From assembly GCF_000150275.1 (NCBI RefSeq), contig NW_002060943.1, forward strand, positions 3,988,008 through 4,052,007: 64,000 nucleotides of DNA. Reading direction: 5' to 3'. The stretch comes from Trichoplax adhaerens (taxonomy: Eukaryota; Animalia; Placozoa). Shown in pieces: positions 52,701-64,000 of this stretch. The notes below the pieces were generated by a model that did no database searches, was not told the origin of the DNA, and was given only the letters and a program-made list of their open reading frames with translations. The position numbers and the translations under genes are program-made. Within the stretch, counting starts at the first letter, position 1, and each line of letters starts with the position of its first letter.

Positions 52701-55700
52701 TACTGCCAATTTAAATTCATGGCTCTACTTGGAATATCTAGATATCTATAATAGCAATTAAAATGTCAAACTCCACTTAGCAAATTCTCTCTTATTTCAA
52801 TAATCAATTCAATCCATCATAGCAATGAACAATACACGCATTTATTGAATGGAGATAACCATGGAAAGAATAAAATTTACCTAGCAATGATTGTATTGCA
52901 GCCAATCTCAACGAACAAAAAATTATTTAACTTTAATTGCAATACTTTCTGCTATGCTTTTCGATGTATCAATTTTGTATCCAGCATTTCAGTCGTAGTT
53001 AAACTACGATTAAATCGATATTGAGGACAAAATATATTAAATTGAAATACTAGGCATCCTGCTTAACTTCTTGACGAATCAATTTTATGTTCAGCATCTC
53101 AATTGTGGTTAAACTTCAATCACATACTGATATTGATACAGTTATTCCCTCATTTTTATCATCCTTTTATTGTATATACAGTACAGTATCAATAATATAT
53201 TAATTTAGAATGATATTGTAAAAATCTTAAAATTAAAAACTAACCCTTTTCAGTATAGAGCTAATATTGCTCCTTAAACCTTATAGGAAAAACAAAGGGA
53301 TACCATGAATAAATAATGTATTACATATCTGCATGACTGGTAGGCATTACAATTTATAAAAATTTGATATTCGAGTGTAACAGACAAAAAATATTATAGT
53401 AATATTTATATCAGTAAATCCCTACCAAGATGGCAATGGACAAGATATACCCTGAATATATATTAACTTTGCAAATTTTCTTTGTTTATTGATATTAGTG
53501 AGATAATCAGTCAAATTACACACATGTAACGCAGCACTCGTTATATTGCAATAGCATACCCATATAAAAGTTAATCGCTAGACTTGCCATTAAACATTCC
53601 CATTACAATTTCATCACTGCCGCAGAATAAAAATGCATCGTTAAAATTACAGACAATGTTTAACCTTTGAGGATAAATATCAATATGCACATTTCAAGCA
53701 TTGATTGTACTGTACTACTAAATTCATTATGCGCCTTGAAAGAAAGCTATTGTCGTAAACGTTATTTCTTTTTGTTATTGTATACGAAGGTTTATCTACG
53801 ATTCCAGGAGTTGTTGTCTATACTACTATCGAAGTCCTAACGACATGCTGGCTCTAGGGTAACTTTTATTCAACATGCTTGGTTCATTGTAACATTTAGA
53901 AGAGTATCGATGTATCTAAAATGTGTTCATCGGAAGTTTATAGCTAGTCAAGTAGACATACCTAGTCGATTTTCAACTACTTTTGATATGGTTTTAATGC
54001 CAAGCTCTAAAGTATATCGAAGTCTCTCACGCTGTACTATATATAGTTAAAAGTACCTGTTATCACACTGCAGCTTATCGCACTTTTAAATTATCAATAG
54101 CGTTCTCGTACATTATATTGCATAAATATACACTTGTGAGTGAAAATAATTTAAAAAGTAGAAAATAAACTAGATCTCAATTCTATTCTATTTTATCGGA
54201 TCACACTAACACTTTTCCTTCTTGGATTATTGAACAGTACCATTTTAATTTTTGTTACGCAATGACTTTACAAAGCTGGCAAATCAATACATTGCACGAT
54301 TAATTATTGATATAACTTAGTAATTACCATTTACACTCCAACAGCGTGGCATAGTTTTTAAATAGTAATGCGAATTGCGAACTATAGAAAAATCTTGTCA
54401 GAATTTATTCTGTACTATGTCTTATAGGTCCAATATTACAATCATTGCCATTTATTGCTTCTTAATTCTTTCATTACATTTATAGATCGATCAGTTTAGC
54501 TAACGCATCATTAACTTTTGATGTTGATACCGAAAAGAAAGGGCAATTCCAGATACGGTACGGCATCTCACTAATTTATTCTATTTATTTATTTATATTA
54601 TTTTTATTCTTATATATATTTACTAACTCAACGATATATTCTCTATCTAATATTTTACGAAATATGCACAGATCGGACGGTCGAATATACGTTTTAGAAG
54701 CACCTAGCCAGGAAGCAATGATGTTTTGGCTACAACAATTACAAACCAAGCGGCATGAGTACAACGCAAAATTAGCGAATATGACTGACTTATCTCTAAC
54801 GGTAACTCAGCAAGTTCTATCCGCAATCGCAAATATTATTTGCTTACATTGTTGTTATGTTTCTGATTTATTTAGAAACCGGCTACTGGTCTTCTAGGAG
54901 AAGAACCACTATCAAGTGAAGACCAATCTGCTACAAACCAATCAGGTAAAATCAAGCTTGTCTCACTTGTTTGTGCAAAACAACTTTATTAATCATCCGT
55001 TAACTAAAATCTAACATCTGCTAATTATCTAGCTGCATCTGATATACTTCCACATATACGGCCACCAGAATGCGTCGGGGAACAAACCGCTGACAAAGTA
55101 TCAACTTCTGGCATATCAAACTGGTCTATAGCAAATATTACGACAGAAATCAGGAATCATTTATCACATGGGTATAGTGTCTCAATATTAATAAGCAACC
55201 ATATCGGTATTAAATTACAGTATATTTTATTAATCTCTTTGCATACCATAATTTTTATCGGTTTCATTTTAGCCGTGGAGATGGTAATTTGATACGACGT
55301 AAACAATCAATTGGTGATCGTTTCTCATCACCTGGTATATCACCAAATGCAAGCCCTTTGATTACTGAAAAATCTCCATCAAACCACAGAAAATCCTCGC
55401 CTGAAGAATTTCCCGGAAAGGATTGCTCTGAAGTAGCCACTGAAGAGAAGTCATCAAAGTAATACAATGTCCATAACAAGAAAATATGTGTTAAAAATAT
55501 AGATCATAATATATTTATGCATATAGTAGATAAGCGATCTGTTTATTTCCGCTTGTACTAAATTAGTCGGATGTTATTTATGGTTTTGTTTTATATAGAC
55601 AAGGATTTACAAATTACTTCAGACAGTAAGTTAATCGCTAGTATTCATACTTTAATAAATTTTATTTCAATCAGCCAAAATTGACCGAAGTAAAATTTCA

Positions 55701-58700
55701 CATTTGAACTGATAGCCCTCATCGTAGACGATCACAGTCCAAACACGCGGCGAATAATCAACCTCAAGAAGATCCTACTAAGTCTTTAAATAATCAATTA
55801 CGTCAGGTAAGTAGTAAAAATATTACTTCTTTATTTATTCAATAAAATATTTATGATATACCAATACATTGATTCCGTATATATGTAATTTATTAATATT
55901 TGTAAATCATAATTAAATTGGTACCTGACACACACTTGTAATAAAATCCATTACATGCCTTAATACTACCTTAATAGGCCACTTCCCCCACACATTCGAC
56001 GAAGGAAGAAATAGATTCTAATGAAAAGTAAGCTTTATTTTAATTACTTTCAACATAACTAATATCGATCAAGCAAATATACTCTCATGTACCTTATAAC
56101 CGACACAATATTGACCTATTAGTAACTGCTACTTCATTCTACTTCTTAACAGCGAAATCCAACAAAGAAATGACATTATTCAAACATTGGTTCAAGAAAT
56201 CGAGTCAGTATTGTTGATCTAAGCTTTTGACTCTATACACCTCGTAATATGTTATTACTACAGATGCAAAATTAAATTCACTTAATCCTATGACTGATAT
56301 TCTTATCTGCTGAAAGTCTAACTTTAATTGTACTATTTCTAGTGCCCTAAAGATGCGTATAAAGTGCTAGTAAGTTGGTGAAATGTTGTGATCTGTAGAT
56401 GGTGCATTGCACAGCATGCTAGAGATTTATTTATGCATTCAAGTATGGCAATTATATTACTATTTTGCAATTATATTTTGCTGTATTGTCTATAGTGAAC
56501 AGTTTGTGTCGGGTAACTCAGATGAAAAGCAACTGTTGCGACTTTTTGAAAATCAACAGCGCATAAATGAACTTCAGTTAAATGTCAAGAAAGCACGCGA
56601 AGAAAAAGAAGATTCAGAATTTAAATTAAGGTTTAAGTCATATTCAATAGGCATTATTAATATTGCAATTAATTTGATGTACTCTTTATTAAAGTCGTCT
56701 TTAGTCGATTAAAATTAGAAAACATTTTGTAAATAGAGTTACCGAGGCAGAGATGAAAAGTTTAAATGATGAAATCAGTTTAGTTAAAGAAGTTCTGGAA
56801 GCTAAAGACCAAGTTGTAGTATCACTAACGGAAAAGGTAAATTCTATTGACAATAATTATTAAAAATTATTATTTTAACTTTTGATTTAAGCTTGAATTT
56901 CTTCATTCGCAATAGCTGCATCAATATGAGAATGCACCGCTAGTACTAACGGGGTAAGATACACACAGGATTATCGGTTCTGTAACAGTAAAATTGATTC
57001 AATAATAATTTTTTGTTTTACCTTAGCGATGGAGCACACCCACAACCTATCGTTGAAAACAACTATTTCCTATGGAGGGTAATAAATAGCTATATAATAC
57101 CAATGCTTTAATTCTCTATAGCTATGCTTTACCGTACGTATTAACCATACCTAGGAAAAGTGCGCTGCGTTTGAAATTCAAAATAAGTTTTTAAATAGCG
57201 AAATAATTGGACTAAATGAAATTCAAATTGCTCGCGAAAAACGAACTAAACAATTAGAGAGGTATGTTAACCTAATCACAGACGTTATAAATTTACAATT
57301 TTTTCAATAAGAACATTTCAACCAACATTGCTATTTGGCTTTGCTAAACAGTAAGCTAGCCGCACTTACAGCAAGACATTGTCAAATTCAAAGAAAATAT
57401 ATGATGTTTCTTAAAAATCTGAGCGTTTCTAATGAAGGTAAATTTTATTAATTTGATTTTGAATACGAAAGCATTATGCTGATGAATTTAATGATGCAAT
57501 GATTTTTCTTTGGAAAACTAGAGTCTAAGCAGCTAGTAGATCAATTAATCAAGGAAGCTGCGGAATCTGACAGTCCTAGTAACAATAGCCTTGAAAAGTA
57601 AGATAGCTACTCCATATGCATTGTTGTAAATAACTCCACAGACATAAGAATAACAGGAAACACTAAATACCAATAATTTTTTGATTTATGCCTAAAATCC
57701 TTTTTCCTAAACTGTAGGCAATATGATATGTTTGGATTTCTTAAGAATGTTGATGATGATAACGCCTTAGAAAAATATACCTCACAATTAAGTTATTATC
57801 AGCAGACAATGGAGGTCTTTGATCTAGTATAACTAATCATATAGTAGCTAATTAGGATAAGGATTACCTTTGAGATAAAAATGTTTGAGTACTGTTCTTA
57901 ATTTAAACAGAATGAAGTTAGTGGTGTTGATGTTGCAATAGCGAAAAAATGGGAAACAGTAATGGTATCACTAGGTGGCAAATCTTTACCATTAACGGTA
58001 AGTAACCTAGTTAAAGACAACAACAGCATCATTGTTATTAAAATGTACGAATATTAGGTTGATTATCGTTGTTAACATGGAACGAATTAATTTTGAGCTG
58101 AATTAAATTCCTATGATATCTTGATCATACAGCCAGAAATTAAATCTCTCATTCGAGCTGGTGTTCCTCATGAATTTCGCAGTAAAGTTTGGTCAAGGTA
58201 AGTTGTATCGGCTTTAAGCATGTATAGCCAAGGTATACATCAATTGAACGTATTCAATTATGAAAGAGTTTTTTAACTGAAAATTAATTATGTTTACATA
58301 CTTGTAGTTGCGTTCATCGTAGGGTTGCAAAATTTCGAAAATCAATGGTATGTAGAAATAAATATGTCTTGACTCTAGTAATTTTCAACGAGATATTTTT
58401 AAATGTCTTTGTTTCCTACTTTTGGGACTCTATTGAAAGCATTTAATCACCTAATATTGTACGTACTTCTGTTATAGGTAACAGATTACTACTGGCGTTT
58501 GGTAAATGCTGATGTAAGTATGCCATTAATGAAAGTGAAATCATATATAGTAGAACTTACTTTGTTTTGTATCAACACATATTAACTGCAAAAACCTTTT
58601 ATGTTACTTACGGAATCAGTACTTGTAGCATATTACATACATGCATAAAATAGGATAGAGATTCCGACTGACAGGACTTTATCACCGCAATACTGCGTTT

Positions 58701-60919
58701 CCATATATGCTATATCTAATAGCAGTCATTATAATTGTCAATTACATCGAACAAATCTGGCAGCTTCCAGATTTAGAATTTTAATTTACCCTTAGTATCA
58801 AGAATTTATTTATGGCTACGCTTATAAATGATATCTGTCATTTTATAACTCTACGTATAATTTTAAAGACTTACTGCCATCATTTAGTTAGTCATTAATA
58901 AACCTACGCGTGTACCAAATCTAGAAGGTGCACATTTATCAGTGCATTGACTAATATACATATCAAAAGATACACTTATCGTGTACATTCCAGAATTATC
59001 TAATCTTCCACAGCATCCAAAATTACTGTCATATATATATTAGTATGACCACATGTATTTCAATCCATTATTATCCATGGCTAAACTGTCGTAAAAGTAT
59101 GTTTCATTTTTCCGTCTAGACCAACTCTTATTCTCTAGCTATTAATCAAATTGAAATGGATCTACTTCGGACCCTACCGAACAATAAATTCTACGATAGC
59201 CGCAGCGCAGAAGGAGTACGTGAATTCTGCATTTGAATACTCTACTATGAACGATAAATAAATTTAATCTAGAGTTTTTTCATGATTATATTTGAGATTT
59301 GCTTACTGTATAGCAAGTCGCGATATAATTTTGATTACATACTTAAAAAGGCTACTTGTCTTTATGCCTATAAGCGCTTCAGAATATTAGTATAACCCAA
59401 GTAGTCTTATCAAGATATAGAAATTAATGCTATGTAATGTCTTACCTGATAAAATTTTGCTCTCCTCAAATAGATAATCAAGTTACGCCGAATACTCTGC
59501 GCTTATAGTAGACACAATCCTGATATTGGTTACTGCCAGGTTTTAACATCTTTGTTATTAAGTAACGTTGCCGAATTTGTATCGACCTATTGACAATTAA
59601 TCAGTAAATCATAAATAACATCTAGGGTATGAATCGACTAGCGGCTGTAGCCCTACTGTATCTTTCAGAAGAAGAAGCATTCTGGTTTGTAAATAATTTT
59701 CTTTTATCTCTCTAAAGACTAATTAACATACGAATTATTATGTGGCATAATGCAATAGGTGTCTGATAGCAATTATCGATTTTATCATGCCTACGGAGTA
59801 CTACGCAAATTCTATGCTAGCTGCACAAGCTGATCAGGTTAGAGCTAATCTTATCCTAATAGATTTTTGTTTCTCTATTGGCTTTTAATAACTAGTTATC
59901 GGTAACTTAAATGACTTACGCCTGACAAAAATTTTATGCGTTCCTTAGCGAGTTCTGCAAGAACTACTAACTGAAAAGTTACCAAGACTTGCTGCTCACT
60001 TTAATCAACATGGGTTTGTTTAATTTGTTGGAACAGTTCGTCGATTATCTTTAATCATCAGTTATTATCGACAACTTTCATGTATAAACATGAACAATGC
60101 ATATTATAAAATGATCGGCTTCATTTTCTTAGGATTGAACTTACCTATATCACGCTTCAGTGGTTTCTAACGGTGTATATCGACAATATCCCGATACAGG
60201 TAAAGCTTCTACAACTCTTTTTTAATTGTAAAAGTTATGACTTTTGTAGGCAGTTTGTATATAGTAATGCAACTAAAATACTTGTAGCATACTCAGCCAG
60301 TATTTATATTTGGTCACGGCGACTATTAAACGTTTATACACTTACGCTTAATATTATAGACCGTATTTCGAATATGGGATTGTTTCCTCTATGAAGGCGA
60401 CAAGGTAAAACACTCTAGCTGTTATCTAAAATAGTCAAGACCTGGCATTTACTGATAATTTTATTGTTTTGCTCTAATTGTGGGTTATTTTTTATTTACT
60501 TCTTGCCAGATCTTATTTCGATTCGCTGTCGCGATTTTCAAAATATTTGAAGAACATTTCTTACATTTAGACAGTTCAACAGAAATTTTAACTGCATCAA
60601 GTGAGATGTCCAGTAAATTATGGGATGTGAATAAGCTGATGCATGTATGTTTTATTTCGAACATTAACTTTAAACTACAGTATAAGCACTTATATTTTAT
60701 GGTTCTGTGTACTAATTTTTGTCATTGCAAATCTTGGTTTAGGCTGCCTTCTTCGAAATCAATCCGTTTCCTATGAATGCTATTACCAATAAGCGTGTAA
60801 AACACATAGCTAAACTAAAGGTTGAACTTATGGAATTAGAGAAAGGGCGCATCGAAAGAGTCGACTCACGCACCGCAAAACGTCCTGTAGATCAATACCT
60901 AAGCGATGAAGAATCATAA
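49782..60919 (+). CDS. TBC1D2: TBC1 domain family member 2/2B-like RabGAP (PH, coiled coil, TBC)
   Basis: PH exons (FIYDSRSCCLYYYRSP; LEAPSQEAMMFWLQQLQTKR), a coiled coil, and TBC fingers IEMDLLRTLPNN and GYCQGMN, QWFLT, RIWD; ends YLSDEES*. Assignment of exon 49782-49973 as first exon is tentative; the secure part starts at ~53790. Confidence 0.85.
52062..52078. repeat. (CT)n microsatellite
   Basis: ctctctctctctctct. Confidence 0.8.
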
Positions 60920-63122
60920 AATTAAAAAAGAATGGTGTGTATAACACATACGAGTATATGAAAGCCAACCATACAATCAACAGCTCGCCTGCGGTACCAT
61001 GATAAAGTGATATTTTTAAATCTAGAAGTTGTGTAAGGAATCATATCACTAAACAGTTGTAATTCTAATAAAGTTTAAGCGTATCTGGAATATGAAACTT
61101 TGAAATACCATATTACGCTATTAAATATAAGCAGACTTTTGGTAATAGCATATTTCAATTTTAATCGTACTTGATAGAAAAATAGAAATCATGACAAGTG
61201 ACTTCGAAATGCACATCGATATTTCTTATACTATTACTCCGGAACCACTATTAATTATGCATATCATGCTATTATATTCAAATCAACTGTAAATTAGAAT
61301 CAAAGTGCCAAATTCTAGTTTATTTTTTTATTAAACTAGCTCTTGTAATCTTAATTCCATTCGACAATGAATGATATTATCTATGTATCTTTTATGATAT
61401 TGTATGATATTGCTATACTAAGCTATTGTTAATGTTGACTCCATATGTTATACCAAAAATAATCCCCAAATTTTGATCGTAATCATTACTCATAAAAGTA
61501 ACCTTCCAATAAAGTATAAGTCAGCATCGGTTAAGACGTACAGCTAGATGCGAGTGTGCAAGATCAGTTTGTATAATAGTAATAGTAAAGCTTCTCATTA
61601 AGTAAAAACGCTAGGTGCTAGTATTAGATCTCCTATCATTGTACTGTATTTGTAACCAATTTTTTGCTATAATCGCGAGTACAAGAGATAAAGTAGTAAT
61701 TACGTTTACGCTAGTTGTACTTCGACTAGAAGTCATAGCAATTTATCCAAAATAAAATGTCTGAGCCATGTATTAAAACTGAGCAAAATATTTTGCTTAA
61801 ATACTATGTAATCGATCTGCGTTTACAATTACATCCAGGGACTACCCTGTTACATCTATGTTGAGATCAAAAATTTAAATTTTTAATAAATTTCGGTTAA
61901 AACCAACGTTAAATATTAACGAATCAATTATATTTACCATACATCAATCTATAATAAAATATAAAATACGCACTTGAAAATAGCTGCAAATTGTGAAGTA
62001 TACTAGTCTAAATCTTATGTAACCAAAAAATTATTTTGATAGCCAGCAAAATGTGATAGATGCTGCATAAGTATACATAAATTTATTGTGCAATTTTATT
62101 ATTTGTACGAGAGCGAAATCTCAATTTCTTATTCATTTATCTATTCTATACCAATCTGAGCGATATATGTGTAGTTCATACTTGTCAATTTATTTTTACT
62201 ACGTATGCGAGATAATCTTATAATCACGTACATCAATGACAATGACTAATGGTACAGCAATAATTCAATAGTCCATCATTTATGTTTTGTAATATTTTTA
62301 TACGCTTATCCCTAAACTTGTTGATTACTAAAATATCTTAGCAATATTAAATTTCTTCATATATTAGTCAGAATGGATATCGAAAAATTTTTTTTTAAGT
62401 TAATAGTTCAGAGATCTTTACGATTTATCTGTTAAAAATCCCTATAGACCTCGATATAATGCATGGAGTAAAACTGCTGTAGACGACCTCCTTCAGAAAA
62501 AGGCATGTGCCGGTAATTTTACGATTTATCGAGGAGTGAATTCCGACGCAATACATAAGTCATGGATTGCAATTTTCATAAAAACTTAAGCTACTACTAA
62601 CAATAAAAATTATGCAATCCTATTGATTGTGTACTGCAAAAATAACTATTCAGAGTTATTCCCAATTGTATTTCGTCAAATATACATTGAACTCCAGTAA
62701 GAAATCTTCGCGAGCAAATTAGAATGTATATTTTGGATTGATGATTGTGCACAATCCTAAAACCTAACGGCTAAAAAGCATCAAGATGATAATTCATAAT
62801 GTACAAGGAATAATTAAGTACAAATGATGATCGTCGGGTATACCAATTTGTCAACATTACTTTTTTACCTCGGTATATCTTTCTCGACTCATAAAGGCTG
62901 AGACATATGCACATATAAATCGCATGAAATGAATTTGATTACAACTTAAGAAACTCAAGTAAAATAACGGCTTGATATATAACAAATATTGATTATGAGA
63001 ATCTGGTGCATCTTAATGAGTGTTACGATAAAACGAAGATAAGCCAGTAGGCCATAAAATCTAATCATCTCCGTAGTCATTACACGCCATACGTACGTAT
63101 AAATATTTCTAATAATTAATTT

Positions 63123-63826
63123 CTAAAAATGGTAATACGCTATATATAACGTTCGAAATACGTAGGCATGTAACAGAGAGACTATAAGCCCAATAAGGAC
63201 CCAATATCTCAAAGGTAGTCTGAACAGACCATCGTCATGAATTTTCCGGATATTAACTGGAAAAAAGTGACGGATTAGGTGACGGATTAGATTAGTACCA
63301 AGTAGGTCTACCCTAAAATTTAATCAAGGAAAAAATTTAATCTACCTGATGCTGCCTTTCTAGATCCTATAGAATTATTAAGCTGGGTATGTAACTTCAT
63401 TAGAATGGATTGGTGATTTGACAAGTACATAGCATTCTTTAGCAGATGTTGTGGATAGAGAAACTTACTGGACCTATAAATTTTGTAACAAAGCCTATAT
63501 AACTTAAGAACCAGCTAATAAATTAGATACTGTATCAACACCTTACGAAAGCTAAGCTTCAGTAGCTTACCCTATCAAATCAATTGACGAACATGAAGCA
63601 TCACATGCAAATAATGGATGTTTTCTTTCACTCAAGAAAGAGGAAACTTCAATAAATTTTCCTTTTACGACATTAACATCAACGTAACTTCCATTGTAGT
63701 ACAAATTTTCAAGGTAAACATCATCTTTTAACTTGATGATAGATTTCATTGGTAATTGTAGCTGATTTGAAGCGAACTTCAAACCAATGAGGCTTAATAA
63801 CATACCCAAATTAAAACTTGGTAGGC
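63123..63826 (-). CDS. KIAA2013: KIAA2013-like membrane protein, last three exons (5' part lies beyond the window)
   Basis: GMLLSLIGLKF, LFACDASC and C-terminal TM LPLRYWVLIGLIVSLLHAYVFRTLYIAYY resemble KIAA2013 GMLLSFGGLQF, IYACKAGC and LPFLFWFSVASLITLFHLFLFKLIYNEY (from memory). Confidence 0.75.
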
Positions 63827-64000
63827 CTAATTAATTATAATTAATTATGATACATTTTAATGGTTGATCAACTTTCAGCTAGAAGCTGTATAAAGTAAAG
63901 AATGCTAATGAATTATTGCCATCAATGAATTGTTTCCCAAGAATATCAACAACAAAAGGAGGTAGTAACACTTCATTTTACTCTAGATATAAACAAATAC

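Noticed and set aside
62824-62901. Box C/D snoRNA-like ATGATGA...CTGA
   Set aside because: No terminal stem, no recognisable rRNA guide, and not intronic.

Overview
AT-rich, gene-dense eukaryotic (animal) genomic DNA with many short spliceosomal introns. The style suggests a compact basal-metazoan genome such as a placozoan; this is an inference only. Most entries in the six-frame ORF track are exon fragments or noise. Spliced genes in order: ZC3H4/6-like CCCH zinc-finger protein (+), ZW10 (-), ILVBL/HACL2 (+), a Tuba/DNMBP-like SH3-SH3-DH-BAR RhoGEF (-), an unidentified multi-exon gene (-), V-ATPase subunit C (+), Greatwall/MASTL kinase (-), a TBC1D2-like PH-TBC RabGAP (+) and the 3' end of a KIAA2013-like gene (-). 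The main oddity is an intronless 99-aa stand-alone GIY-YIG nuclease gene (34860-35159, -). It has all the expected catalytic residues and a eukaryotic TATA/Inr/poly(A) frame, so it is a candidate horizontally acquired or domesticated nuclease. Also notable: a U12 AT-AC intron, a GC-AG intron, four tandem-repeat arrays upstream of gene starts (one encoding a 34-aa hydrophobic repeat), and TACAGTA/TACTGTA clusters marking promoter regions. Exon boundaries were read by eye and no database searches were run.
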